Below the pieces are notes generated by a model. That model was not told the DNA's origin. It saw only the letters and a program-made list of their open reading frames with translations, and searched no databases. The position numbers and the translations under genes were made by a program. Positions 24,101-63,805 of a stretch of 64,000 nt of DNA are shown in pieces (within the stretch, counting starts at the first letter, position 1; each line of letters begins with the position of its first letter). The DNA lies in the NCBI GenBank assembly GCA_964252035.1, contig OZ176213.1; one strand, 5' to 3'. This DNA comes from Podarcis erhardii. Taxonomy: Eukaryota.

Positions 24101-26342
24101 AGATCGTCATATCACTAGTGATTCACCCCATTCCAAAGCACACTTTTTAAAAAATGTATTCTGCCTTCTAAAATTCTGATACGGTGTTCTCAGCTGCAGG
24201 AGTACCAACTTGGGGGGGGGAGGGGAGCCCCACTCCACATAACTGATCACATGATGCAGCACATGCCCCCCCCCCATTTGAATGGCAATCTTCCTCAACT
24301 TTTTTGGGAAGCAGCCCTCTCAAATATTTTATTAGGGGGTAACCTCAGCCCCTAGGAGTTGGTACTTATGCTCAGCTGCAATTGGGGAAATGAACGCTGA
24401 CCTAAAATGCATGTAAGATGTAATCATCGTCGAACACTTGGGGTGTCGCTTTGAAAAAACATGCAGTATAAAGAGTTAGCTAATAATCCCCTAATTTTGT
24501 ATTTTCACTACAAACATCTGGAGGGCCAGAGTTTGCCTATGCCTGCATTAAGAGCTCACAGAGAACAAACATCTAATCCTGGGGAGCAGGAATGCCACAC
24601 ACACACAAAATTGGCGCCCTCCAGATGTTTTGGACTACAACTCTAGTCAATCTCACTCAGAGAGCACATTCTGGCTGGGCTGATGGAGGTTTCATTCCAA
24701 AACATTTGGAGAACCACTGGCTGGGGAAGGCCACACATTGTACCACAGGTCCATCTGCATGGTCTTCTTTAAACAGTACACCCATAGGGACCCTTGCAAC
24801 AAGGTGCAACATTGCATTGTAAACCACTAAAGAGATTTTATTATGCTCAAGCAGTGCATATATTTTGTTTATTTACAGACTCTGGGATCCATCCATGTGG
24901 GTGGATGGCTGCCTGTGTCCATCCTGGGCCCTCTCACTAGTTTGTCATCCCAAGCCAGCCCTCTGAGGCCAAAGTTTGTGGCTGGGCTCAAATGCAAAAC
25001 CTGCAGAACTCCCCACTGGTGCCTTGGAAAGAGGGCGCGAAAGCCCACAGCTCAGCTGGTTAGTGTGGTGCTGATAATGCCAAGGTTGCAGGTTTGATCC
25101 CCGTAAGGGACAGCTAAATATTTCTGCATTACAGAGTGTTTGGACTAGATGATCCTCAGGGACCCTTCCAACTCTGATTCTATGATTATCACATCAACCA
25201 GGAAGGCTGCCGCAGCAAAACTTATTACTGTCCCTGCCAGTGAGCCCCAAGTGAACACCGACCTCTTTACCCACCCCCACCCCCCAACACTTGAAATATG
25301 CATGTATTTTAGGAGTTTTCTCTTGATTGCAACCTGCTTTGTTTTGAATATCTTATTTTCAGATTCTTGTAACCCACCCAGGACCCTCACAGTGAAGAGC
25401 AGGTAAGAAGTAATAATAATCCAATACGAGTGCTACTTAAGTGCAGCATTGTGGCAAATTTAGAAGTATGGGTTCCCTCGTGATAGTCACAGCCACACCC
25501 CTCCCAAGATTATACAACTTTCTAAGATTATACAATAACCTTATTACTTACACAATAATAGTGATTAGGGGTGCACTGCAGCAACCAGCACAAAACTCAG
25601 TAATTGCACTACCAGGAACAAATTATTTGGAGTGCTCAAACATCATCTTCTGGAGTGACTTAACTCCTGTGAAATTCCAGGGTTTGGAACATAATTTTCT
25701 CCCCATTCTCTTGAACCCAAAAAGCGCCCCAAGCCTTCCCAGTGTCCTTCAGTGCTTAATTTGGGAGCGTGCAGTGGCTAAAAAGCTTCACCTTCATGCT
25801 GATGAGGCGGCCCTAGGAGGCTGGACCTGACAGGGACCCCTGCAGCTGCTGAAACAGGAACAGGCCTTGGGTCCCAGCCTATGCACCGTTGCTCAAGAGT
25901 AAACCTACTGCAACTGATGAACTGATTAATCTGGGCCCAGTGGGTCTTATCTCAGCGAAGCTGAGTGCAACTCAGAGGCGACCCGCTGAAATGAAAGCAG
26001 ACATGGCCAATTTTAAGAGTGTTAATTCCAGCATGTCCATTGGGAGCCGCCTACTACGAAGAGCAAGGAAGCCGCCTTCGCCACAGGAGCCTCACGAGGA
26101 GCAGCGCTTTCATTAGGGCGACTGAGGTGGGGCTTCCATTTTAAAAGCGGCGGATGCCTATTTTAAGCCCGCCGCGCCTGCGGAGCCTCCCGCCACCTCG
26201 CTTCCCTCCCCGCCTCCCTGTAAGGTAGGACAGGCAGGTAGGCACCAAAACCCACCTGCTCCAGCTGCTGGATCAAAGCCGCCGCTTCTTTCTCCTCCTC
26301 GACCACTATCCGCTCCGTCTCTATGCCGGCCGGCTCCCTCAT
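14277..26342 (-). CDS. WDR76: WD repeat-containing protein 76 (CMR1 homologue), complete, 13 exons, ~620 aa
   Basis: Exons 26256-26342 (ATG; least certain), 23579-23938, 23342-23437 (LSAYERKRLKNITENAKFFASL), 22299-22354, 21286-21412 (CRRSMRL), 20187-20288, 20043-20086, 19792-19945, 19068-19223, 17859-18076, 15608-15760, 14874-14927 and 14277-14532 (HPTRYILAGGNSSGRLHVF). The sum is 1863 nt, in frame, all GT-AG. Confidence 0.95.
17447..17672. mobile_element. Tc1/mariner MITE (CAGTGGTACCTC family)
   Basis: TIR CAGTGGTACCTC...GAGGTACCACTG, TA duplication; inverse copy at 51497-51708. Confidence 0.9.
19615..19745 (+). mobile_element. CR1 3' end
   Basis: CTAGATGACCTCGGGGTCCCTTCCAACTCTATGATTCTGTGAT tail; related copies near 105-230 (-), 42635-42846 (+) and 49460-49620 (-). 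Confidence 0.8.
21068..21116. repeat. (AAT)n microsatellite at the tail of a short retroposon end
   Basis: Seen directly. Confidence 0.97.
21879..22106. mobile_element. Tc1/mariner MITE (CAGTGGTACCTC family)
   Basis: Same TIRs, TA flanks. Confidence 0.88.
25048..25190 (+). mobile_element. tRNA-head / CR1-tail SINE
   Basis: A box AGCTCAGCTGGT, B box GGTTTGATCCCC and a CR1-like tail CCCTTCCAACTCTGATTCTATGATT. Confidence 0.8.
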
Positions 26343-26760
26343 CCTGGCTTCCCTTCCTTTCCCGCGCGCTGAAGCGGCTTCCTGGGCTCCGCGCGGGGCG
26401 GGGAAAAGGCGCCAATTCTGCTCCTCCTCCTCCTCTTCCTCGTGACCCGCTCAGCTGTGTCGCTTCCCGCCTTTACTGCCTTCTGGCCTAGGGCTACTCC
26501 TAAAACCTTGCGCGCCCGTTGTGGTTATTTATTTATTTTTTAAATTCCAATCCGTGCTGTGTAAATTCGAAGCGGGTTGCAACGAAAGACGAGTCAAACG
26601 CTGAAAAGCCACCTGCAAATGCAGCACCACGCTAAAATGTGGGACATTCCTCCCTCCCTCACATACTGTACACCCCCAAATAAGTAAAAATGCCGCCATT
26701 CTTGCTTCAGCCTTTTGGGCACAAAGCGGGCGAGAGAGCTGGTTGCTGCTACGCAGAGGT
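25950..26760 (-). promoter_or_regulatory. WDR76 CpG-island promoter and first exon
   Basis: CpG-dense. TTTCCCGC E2F-type site at 26358-26365, a second TTCCCGCC near 26464 and a YY1-like CCGCCATT near 26694. Confidence 0.75.
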
Positions 26761-26889
26761 ACAGGGAGGAAACACTCGGCCCATTTTGACTTTGCGTATT
26801 TACTATTAATAAAATTTATATACCACCTGGTTGTAAAAAATAAAAAAGCACATGCACACAACTAGACCCTTAAAGCGTATAGTTTTGTT

Positions 26890-27085
26890 TGTTCATTTAT
26901 TGCATTTTTATCTCGCTTTTCCTCCAAGGAACTCAAGGCAGTATACATAATTCTCTTCCCATTTTATCCCTACACCAACCCTGTGAGGTAGGTGATGCTG
27001 AAAGGCAGTGACTGGCCCAGAGTCACCCAGTGAGCTTCATGGCTGAGTGGGGGAGGAGGGATTTGAACTTGGGTCTCCCCGAGTG
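26890..27085 (-). mobile_element. MIR-like (CORE) SINE
   Basis: CCCATTTTA...CCCTGTGAGGTAGG...GGCCCAGAGTCACCCAG core; plus-strand relative at ~7660-7850. Confidence 0.65.
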
Positions 27086-29974
27086 AATGAGCAGCCTTGC
27101 CTCAAGAACAGATATGGAGAGACTTTACTCAAACAGCTTTGAAAAGGCACAGGAAGTCTTGCCAAAGGTAAAGTCTGGGGCTCAGACATCCACTTTAAAA
27201 AGTCCATGTGGCAGCTATTGGGGGGGGGGGGAGAGCAATGAATAGCAATGCCAGGTTTATCTCCTTGGCTATAAGAGTTTTAAGGTCTCAAATATAGAAT
27301 ATTCATAAATGCACACATATCTGCATATATGAACCATGTGTCTGAAATAGTATGGGAGAGCAATCCTGAAGCCATTTTGACTCTCCCAAGTGAAGGGCCA
27401 TTAAAATATTGTTCTATATATGATCCCAAAAACTCTTTGAGGCATTTTTTCCTCTCTCATGTTATCCCTAAGGGGGGGGGAGGTTTTTACACCAGCCAGA
27501 AGAACAAGGATTTAGATGTTACAGTGAAAATAGGCCTCTCAGGAATCTCTGGCTTAGGTGGGTAGAGATAAGAGCAAAGTTGAATGGGTGTTATTGTAAC
27601 CCCAGAGGGAGGGAGGCTGAAACAGGAGGAAGGAGGGGCTGGAAATACGTGAAATAAGGAAGTTGATCCAAATATGGAAAAACGAAACCTAATTTTTATG
27701 GCATTTCTTGTAAAGCATGTGTTTTCTCGGAAATCAGATGACTGTCCATTCTACAGGGTATAAATGGCTGGCACGCCCAGAGGGGGGGCAGACATCGGGC
27801 AAACGCTTGTCAGTACCATTTTTGTCATGACAAAATCAACTTTTACTGCCGTTTTGACTCCTTGCAGCATCTCTGATGCTCCTAGTATCAGATAAGGAAA
27901 AAACAAAGGAAGGGTCCTTCACAATGACCTCAAATATTCCTCTGCAGTAAGGGAGGCAAATGGGGACTGACAAATCCTGCTTTAAGGGCATATCTGTGTA
28001 TGAATAGGGTGAGCCTGTGACCCTGATTGAGGAACTAAGTATTAACCATCACAAAAGAATGGCAAGAGACTGCCCAGGTAATGCAATCAGTAACCATTAG
28101 CAAGTATCCTAGCAGACAGGATTTTTGCCATAGGCATCACATCCTTCTGTGATGTATGTATGATGTTTTGAGGGGTGGTGGTCTTGGGCTACAGGGTGGG
28201 CAATTTCAAAAAACTGCTTGTGCACCATTGTTCAGGGTTCTCCCTCCTGCATGTGGTGAGTGGGGACCCTATTGCAACAGTTCCTTGAATAAAAGTCAGG
28301 CTTACCATCCTCTTTGCTTCTCAATATACTCTGGTTGGCCTCTGTTATTTTCTCCTACCGATAGGGAACCCACTTAAGGACTCTATACGAGCTCCAGAAT
28401 ACCCCATAAGGGAAAGGGATCAGTTTTTCTTATAACAGCATGCATCCTGCTTGCCCTGGAAGAATGCAACCAGAAATGGCTCCCACAAACTTCGGCTTGG
28501 AACCTCATCTTCTTTGCACCTGTGCACCAGTTACAAGGTGCTGGAGTTTGGCAGCGCATGAAGAAAAGTTAAGGTGGTAAAATAGGGCAAGAATAAGCCT
28601 CCTGGGGAGCCAGGGGGTGGCTTTGCCAACTAGGATTGCAAGCAACTAGGATTGCAATATACAATAACATGAGCAGTGAGGAATGGCAATATGCAATACT
28701 GCTGTACTTGAGATTTGGATGTCCAGGCTAGAGTGAGCTATGAACTCAATGCTAAAACTATACATTTTACACTTTTTTTTTCAAGTATTCTGCCGAGTGG
28801 GATGGCATCAAGCCTGCCATCCCTTCAAAAGATATTTTCCACCCTTACTTGTCACCAACATTCTTTGATGTTTCTGCAGATTAATGTTTAAATTAATTTT
28901 GTTTGCTTGGCTCTTCAGGTAACATGTATATCTTAATATACTGTGACAAGACTCGTGTTCTCATTACTTACAAAAAGACAGCATCAGTATTTGCATTCAT
29001 ATGCATTTGTTCTGAAAGGCCTGACAGAACACAGGAAAGGGGTTCTTATCGTGACAGCTTACAGAACACCTGCCATGTTTGCAGGAGTGTAACTTAAAAA
29101 GATATTTTAAGATAACTAGTTGAACAGCCGCTAGCCAGGTAGGCTAATGTTGACAAGCTGAGGGATGCAGCTTAGCTTGTACAGCTGCACAGTGAAATCT
29201 GAAGTACATTAGAATTCATCTGGACTAGTGGTTCCCAGCCTTTTTGATATGGTGACCCAGAAGTCCAAATTTACTTAGGTAAAATGATTTGTTTATTGTC
29301 ACATAAATATTAGACCCTAGGTGTTTGGCAGCCATTGGTTTGGAGCATTTTAAGTGCATTTACCTGTTCTAGAACACTTACTTGAGATATCCTAGCAAAA
29401 AATGTGTTTCAATACCTCTAGTCATGTGGTTAATGAGGCTATGTTTAATGGGGAAACCCAGCCAGATGGGTGGCGCAACAATATATTATATTATTATTAT
29501 TTTGTATTTTAGTGTTAACTGAATTGAGTACCAATTCAGTTACAAATTTGGCTTACAAATTTGGGGAGAGAGAGAAACTCCACACAGATCTCACACACTA
29601 CTTGCAGCCACAGAATAACGGAGTCCACATTTTGGAGGATTCATCTTGCTCTTTGATATAATCAAAGGATAATTTTGAAAACCTAGAGAGGGAACTGAGC
29701 ATTGATCAGCTCTGCACTGTGGCAGAATCCATGTGGAGCAGGTTAAGGCAGATGGGAACCCTGGCAAGCATCCTGAGAAATATTTTTGAGAGGTTGAAGG
29801 AGGCTTTCTCAGACAGGCCCTGAGGGCTAAACCTGGGAGTGAGGAAGGCCTTGGGATGTGTTCAGTACACCTACCCAAAACATGCAAGCCTCAGCTAATA
29901 CTACATGAAGTTACTGGTCCTATTAATCAGTTAATAACATTGGTGTTTTTTCTTCAAGAGTTTGTATTCATATA

Positions 29975-30329
29975 CAGTGGTACCTCGCAAGATGAATGCC
30001 TCGTTAAGACGAAAAACTCGCAAAACGAAAGAGTTTTTCGTTTTTTTAGTTGCTTCGCAAGACGGATTTCCCTATGGGCTTGCTTCGCAAGACGAAAACG
30101 TCTTGCAAGTTTGTTTCCTTTGTCTTGCAAGTTTGTTTCCTTTTTCTTAAAACCGTGCATTCACTTCGAGGAGCAACTCATAGCACACGGTGTGGTAGCC
30201 TTTTTTGAGGTTTTTGAAGACTTTGGTGATTTTTGAAGCTTTTCCAAAGTCCGTGCTTCGCAAGACAAAAAAATTGCAAGACAAAAAACCTCGCGGAACG
30301 AATTAATTTCGTCTTGTGAGGCACCACTG
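29975..30329. mobile_element. Tc1/mariner MITE, longer subfamily
   Basis: CAGTGGTACCTCGCAAGACG...CGTCTTGTGAGGCACCACTG with TA flanks and internal TCGCAAGAC repeats. Confidence 0.88.
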
Positions 30330-30814
30330 TATTTAATTCTTGTCATCTGTGTAAAAAGTTCTGCAAAGACAAATTTCAAAACTCTAGTCTTCACAGCTGT
30401 TCAGACCAGAAGCTTGTCTGCTAACATACATTTTGCAAGGTTTCTTACCACTAGGAATAAAATAGTCTCATGCTTCATTACCTATCAGTGGGCTGCTTTG
30501 AATGTTTTAAACATACAAAGTAAAATGAAATAGATGTGGCGTGATCCACAAATGCATGAAGTTCTCAATCTCTCATGGACAAAATGTTCAGAATAGAATA
30601 CTGAAGTCAGCAAGCTATTTGGGGAAATGGGGACCAATACAGAGGATTTATATACCACCAAACACTCTATTAGCGTGGCTCACAAGGTGCCTTGCTAGAA
30701 GCTCTCACAGTATGGTTCAAGCAAATGTATTTATTAACATTAGGCATGAGTGTTACACCTCAATAAAAAATTAGTTAAACAGCTTCCATAGAAATTAAAA
30801 AGTCTCTAAGGATA

Positions 30815-53458
<22,644 letters not shown>

Positions 53459-54261
53459 TCTGTTTTTTTAAGTAGGCTGGGGGAGAGAAAACAAACAAAA
53501 CCCACACACTTGAAATACATAAGTATCATAAGCAAAAATAAACTTTGGTCAATAAAAAGTTGAAAATGACTTTAAGGGCAGTCATGTTCCCCACTGCAGG
53601 CAGAAGCAGGAGCTTGAGCCTCTGTTTTGACAATGGTATGCAAAGCAAAACCAGCAAAGCTGAGCTAGACAAATGCCCCAGCAATTGTAATCACTAGCCA
53701 GTTCAAAGGTGCTAAGATTCCCATTCAAGCTTTCCTGAAGGGCTCCAGTTCTGCGGCAGAGTGCCTGCTTTACTTATAATAAGGCCATTGCTAGATTAAA
53801 AGATGGGAGAAAGATTCTCCCATAGACCTTGGAGGACTTCTGACTGCCAGCTTAGATGGTCTAGGAGAATAAGGCAGCTTCAGGTAGTCCATCTGCCGCA
53901 GCGCCAAAGGCAGGGGAATATCTGTTGAAGATGATCCCAATACGCGCTGACGAAGGACCATAATAGCTCGGCAACAGCATGCCTGCTTTGCGTGCAAACT
54001 GCCCCAAGCCCCTTGGAGAAAAAGGTGGTATATAAATGCAGGTAACAACAATAACCCCAGCAACAGCCACAACATAACAACCACAATCACCACAACCCCA
54101 ACGGCATTTCCAGGGAGGCCTCCCTGCCTCAAACCCCGGAAAGAAACTCTCGCTGCCAGTCAGTGTGGGCAGCGCTGAGCTAGAAGGGCCAATGGCCTGA
54201 CTCGGCAGGAAGCGCTGCCCATGTTCCAGTGAGATGCCTGGCAGCCAATGGCGCCAGGAGC

Positions 54262-54623
54262 CAGGGCCGGATTTAGGTTTGATGAGGCCCTAAGCTACTG
54301 AAGGTAATGGGGCCCTTTATATGTCCAGCTGTCCTTTGTCAACAACAAATTGTCGCTGTTTTTTGTGTTGAATATATGCTATATGGTAATTTATGGACCT
54401 AATAGGTATCTAAAGCCATTTGCACATAACGAAAGGTTAGCAGGCAGGGCCCATTATTTACATCACAGGAGCCTAGACAACACAAAACACTGTTGCTGTA
54501 TGTAGGTTTACTTTATTTGATTTTTATCTTGTGTTTTGGAAATGTATATCCATTTTTTCCCTCTAATTTTTTGGGGGCCCCCCAAGCTATAGCTTGTTTA
54601 GCTTATACGTAAATCCGGCACTG
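54262..54623. mobile_element. hAT MITE in BLM intron 1
   Basis: TIR CAGGGCCGGATTTA / TAAATCCGGCACTG; 8-bp TSD CCAGGAGC / CCAGCAGC (one mismatch). Confidence 0.85.
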
Positions 54624-55140
54624 CCAGCAGCACAGCAGCTCCGTGCGCCGCCCTCCCACTCCCAGTCTGCGCTTGCCAGCGCAGCTCCCGTCGTCCCCCC
54701 CCCCCCCAGCTCTGCTTGCAGGGGGGCGGGAGCCCTGGGGGTCGTCCAGCAGCAGGCGGCCTCTCGCAGAATCGAAAGGAGCCCAATGGATGATCAAGTC
54801 CAACCCCCTGCAATACATCGGTCCGCGTGGCACCCCCTCTCCCCGCACGACTTCACCGCTCCCAAGGACCTACCTTCACCGCAGAGGCGGCTCTCGCCGC
54901 AGTCGCCTCGCTCCCTCTTCCCTCCTCTTCGCATTTAGCGCCTTCTCAGCCTCCCGAGTATCCTATTGGCTAAGGAATAGCTCCTTCCCGGCTGCAAAGG
55001 AAGTGACGTCAGGTACAGCGCCCGCAGAAGGTCCGGTGGGAAAAGGACGGGTCGGGGAAATGGCTCCGCCCAAGGAGCTCCCCCCGCCCCAACCTCATTT
55101 CCCCCCGGCTAATTCATTCTGATGCAGATCCGGCGCCCCC
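54600..55140 (-). promoter_or_regulatory. BLM CpG-island promoter and non-coding exon 1
   Basis: CpG-dense. Candidate donor AG|GTAGGT near 54870, CCAAT box (ATTGG 54965-54969) and ETS-CRE composite GGAAGTGACGTCA at 54999-55011. Confidence 0.75.
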
Positions 55141-56729
55141 AGAACAAATTCAAGACCAGCATTTTTAAAATTATTATTAATCCAATGAGCCTTTATTTGT
55201 CAAAACTAGAAACATCATCCTTACAAAAATAATCAGGCTTTTAAATGCAAAGAAACTGTTAACATCCCGCCCCTCCCCCCCCCCCCCGCAAACCAAGGGC
55301 AGATTACAAGATGCAGATTGCAAGATCCCTGATGCAGTGTTTTAGCAAAGAGGACAGAAAAGCTTCCGGGAATTTGCACTTCATTAGGTCTGTTAAAGGA
55401 ACAAGGGGGCTCTGCCATCTTCATGGGTGTAGCCAAGATTTTTGTTGGGGGATGCAAGACTTTGTTGAGGGCAGGGGGAAGAACGGATGTGATTGGTAAG
55501 TTAGTTAAGCATTTCTATTCTTTTACTTGGCTAAGACCATGACGATCATCATCATCACCTACAGGAGCCCATCATTTTATTGCTATGGGCTTAAACACAG
55601 GATTAATGTAAATAAACAGTGTAAAAGGCAACTGATTATTTCAAATAAGCCAACATCTTAAAGATTTCTTCAGCATTACAATATTAACACCACACAGGAG
55701 TTTCCCAATTCAAGCAGAACAGTTCAAATACTGTAATTTTAAAAACAATCTGTGCAAAGACATTACCACTTGTTATACAAAATTGGGTTATATGTACATA
55801 AATGTGCTCAGGAATAGGTGTACAGATAAAACATGAACCAGGCAAATCATCAGAGCAAGAGCAAGGCAATCTTCAGCCTCAAGTTGAACTGTGAGACCCC
55901 TCCAAACTGGTTGCAGGAAGTTCTAGATAAAATCACTCCTTCACAGCCCACAAATCTTTACACTTGCAAGCACTCAATTAAACATGTCAAAAGAAAATAC
56001 TGTACTTGAATGGGGCCGGTATGTGTCAATAATCTCTGACATCAAGGTTTTCACCTTTTCAATAAGATGCTTGGCCTGGAAAAGCAATTAGCAGGTATTG
56101 TTCAAAACTCTTGAGCGATAGACTTGTAAAAATGTTGAATAAACACAAAACCCTGAACATGATCTGATTTACATGTACAACCCAAGTCTGTGATGTTTGA
56201 ATTACGGTTTTGATTGGTCTTGGCTAAGGGGCTGGACTATTTCTGAAGTATTTTAAAGTTGTTTCTCATTTTGTTCTAGAATTCTCACCTCCCTTGCATT
56301 GGGGGCACGGGTGGAAAGAGACTCTCACTTGCAAACAGAACAATAAAGAAAAATTCAGCCTTGTCTGGGTTTTGTTCTTTTTGTGATCAACAAGGGGATT
56401 TCCTCAAGGGGAGGGCTGTAAAAGTGCCCCCCTTGCTAATCTGTATAACAGATTGGTTTAAAATCAAGCCAGCTCTTCCACAAAGGCTTCTTATTGTAGG
56501 ATTCTGATAACAAAAGCTGTGCAAAATGCTGGGAATTGGGAGATACGAAGCAGCTTGAGCTGAATGAGAAAACCAAGCTTTTTGAATCCCACCATCCCTT
56601 ACCACTGGTCCTGTTAGCTAGGGATGATGGGAGTTGTAGTCCCAAAATATCTGGAGGGCCAAGTTTGGCCATGCCTGCTCTAAGGCATGGGTAAGCATCT
56701 GGCCCAATCACCTTCTAAATCTGGCACTC

Positions 56730-56968
56730 AGCGTGTTTTTACATGAGTAGAATGTGTCCTTTTATTTAAAATGCATCTCTGGGTTATTTGTGTGGCCTGC
56801 CTGGTGTTTTTACATGGGTAGAATGTGTGCTTTTATTTAAAATGCATCTCTGGGTTATTTGTGGGGCATAGGAATTCATTCATTTTCCCCCCAAAATATA
56901 GTCCAGTCCCCCACAAGGTCTGAGGGACAGTGGACCAGCCCCCAGCTGAGAAAGTTTGCTGACCCCTG
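56730..56968. mobile_element. hAT-type MITE fragment with an internal ~70-bp tandem duplication
   Basis: Ends AAAGTTTGCTGACCCCTG; the unit GTGTTTTTACATG...CTGGGTTATTTGTG occurs twice. Confidence 0.6.
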
Positions 56969-57808
56969 CTCTAAGGCTTCCAGAGCATTATACCACATGC
57001 CAGCTGAATTCACTAGAAAGGCACTAGAAAGACACTCAACCCTTGTGGTGGGGAGGGGGGCAGCAGTGGGGGAAAGCAGCTGATAACCAACAATCGTGTA
57101 AAGTATGGTAATTGGTCAGAACTCAGCATTTCTTGGCATATGGGTTGAGGCCTCACTGAGGTTGCTGAAAGGGAGAGAACAGATTTCAAGTCAGTCACTA
57201 ACAGGTCTTTCTGGAAAGCAGAAAAAGTGGAGTTGGGACACACAGAGACAAAACAATGAGCCCAACAACAAGTTATCTGAGGGTGTAAAAGGTACACACG
57301 ACCCCCAGTTATGGAACTTGTTTTCCCCACCTTGTTTCAGTTGGTCTGTGTTCAGACAGTAGTTAAAAATTTGTCCGATTGCCTTCAGAACATAAGTGCA
57401 ATTGGCCTACCTAAATTATTGCTGGCTGTGATACATTAATTTTTACTGGATTTTGTTGCAAACTGTGATTTTACTCTTGGTTTTAGTGCTGGATTTTTAT
57501 GATTGTGTGAGCTGCCCTGAGCATGTGCAAGGGAATAAAGAAAATCTTAAGAAAAGGAGCATGATTTTGGATAAGCTGAGCAACTGTGTTAGAAAAACAA
57601 GATACACAGAGAACTAAGAAAGTGCAGCAACTTGGGTCAAAAACTTTTTCACAGTATCAGACACACATGTAGAGGAGGTGTGTGCTTGAAAATCCAATAC
57701 AAGATAAATTGCCCCGCTTCTTGGCTCCGATGAACTTCATTCCAGCTTCAATTTTCAGCATAGTGACCCTTCACTACCAGTTCTCTGGCACCAAAATCCA
57801 GGCCAGCT

Positions 57809-62163
<4,355 letters not shown>

Positions 62164-62313
62164 CTGGGGAGGCAGAGACACAACAGCACAAATCAGCCTG
62201 CTCATTCTGAGTTACTCTCTTGCTATGGAGATTGAGGAAGGTTGTGGGAAGGGAGATGCAGGGGATGGAACACTGAGTTTGAAGGTATGACTATGATAAG
62301 TAAGGGCTGAGAT

Positions 62314-63792
62314 CACTTCCGGAGGCGGCGCGAACGGCAATGGCGGTCCTCCTCGCACTGTGAGGAGGAAGCTCCGCGGAAACGGGTCGTCCGCTACGGC
62401 AAAGCGGAGACCCGCGTTAAAAAACCACAGGCAGCAAGAGCCTGTGGCCGTGGGACTCAGCGGGCGCCAGAAGCGGCCCCTGAAACTGAGAAGAGACCCC
62501 GTAAGGAGCCTCTGATCAGGGAGGGGGTTGCGGCGCTGTGAGTCGATCGCTATTCCTGTGGAGTGAAGCTGCGCAGCTGCTGTCGGTGAGCGCTGACCTT
62601 TTTTCCTGGAAAATCGGATCCTGAAAAGTAACGACCCGTGAGTAACGAAGGACCCTAATAAATTTGAGCCTAAAGTATCAGAAATTTGGCAAAAAGCGGA
62701 GAGATGTAAACAGGAAGTCCGTCTTCTGCTGCTGCTTAAAGATCAAAGCAAAAGAATTATGATGTGGAGCCTTTGAAGAGGCACTAAAACTAACTGATCA
62801 GAGCATTCATTGAAGCTATTCCGGTGTAAAGTAAGGACATAACTTATTTAAGTGATTTATCTATTTATTGGACTGTGCTAATCTTTTTCTTTGGGAATTA
62901 CAACTTTGACTGAGAAGCCCAGGTACTTTGGACTGCCTGAATAATAGAACTGTCAGCTTGCAGACTTGGTTACTTTGTACCTGAGGTTTGTTACAATTCT
63001 GACTGCTTATGGACTTGCTACTTTGAAACATCACTTGGCACATGTCAGAGACATTGTTTCGCTGTCTAAACCAACTCTGCTAAATACAAGTTATTGAAGG
63101 TACCTGGACATTAAATTGGATGTCTTTTTTTTTTTTTCATTGAATTGGCTACTTCCCTCAAGACATTCTGAGCTCCCTCTAGAGGATTTTGGATTTACAG
63201 CTGTGACTTTACTTTACTTTCTCTTTCCTTTCCTCCTATTTGACTGTCTACTCTCTGGGCTGTTGCTTTCCCATGGGAACAACTTGGTTTGACCTTGACT
63301 ATTAGATAAAACTGGAATGAGTGGCGCAAGAAAAAAGGACGCTAGAGTAAGAACTAGACAAACAACCTTAACCTCAGCCTTACAGACACGTAGATCTTCT
63401 GTGCCTACTGTGCCATCGGCAGGGGAAGAAGGAATTGTGCCTACTCAGCTGTTGGCAGGGGAAGAAGAAACTGAGCAATTACAGTTGGAAGATATGGCTG
63501 CAGGAGCAACTAGCTCAATTTCAGAGAAAATTTTTGAAAAATTGGAATCTTTGGACAAGAGAGTGGAATCTTTGGACAAGAAAGCAGATGAACAAACGTC
63601 CAAGATTGACCAAAATACAGCCTGTCTAAACAAAATAACTGAACAAGTGGCTCTGAACGTAAAATCAATTGGACAGTTAGCTGAGGCCACTGAAGAAAAT
63701 CGTAAATTGGCTGAGGCAACTAGCCAAAAAGTTGAAAATTTAGAACAAGAGGTAAGACCACTGCATAAACGAGTTGGAGAGCAACAGATGTA
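62314..63792 (+). mobile_element. 5' portion of an L1-type LINE (CpG-rich 5' UTR plus truncated ORF1), flanked by 36-bp direct repeats, in CTSH intron 7
   Basis: Begins CACTTCCGG...AATGGCGG with a CpG-rich leader and ~1-kb UTR, then a coiled-coil ORF1-like frame from 63317. Direct repeats at 62278-62313 and 63793-63828. Confidence 0.72.
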
Positions 63793-63805
63793 TTTGAAGG
63801 TATGA
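63317..63805 (+). pseudogene. Truncated L1 ORF1 (basic N-terminus and heptad coiled coil; RRM and CTD missing)
   Basis: LESLDKRVESLDKKADEQTSKIDQNTACLNKITEQV heptads; the frame runs into the flanking repeat and stops there. Confidence 0.65.

Noticed and set aside
54594-55122. ORFs of 70-160 aa at the BLM 5' end
   Set aside because: They are a by-product of stop-poor CpG-island sequence; BLM coding starts at 53458.
56730-56870. CRISPR-like or satellite array
   Set aside because: It is only two ~70-bp tandem units inside a MITE, with no spacers, in a vertebrate context.
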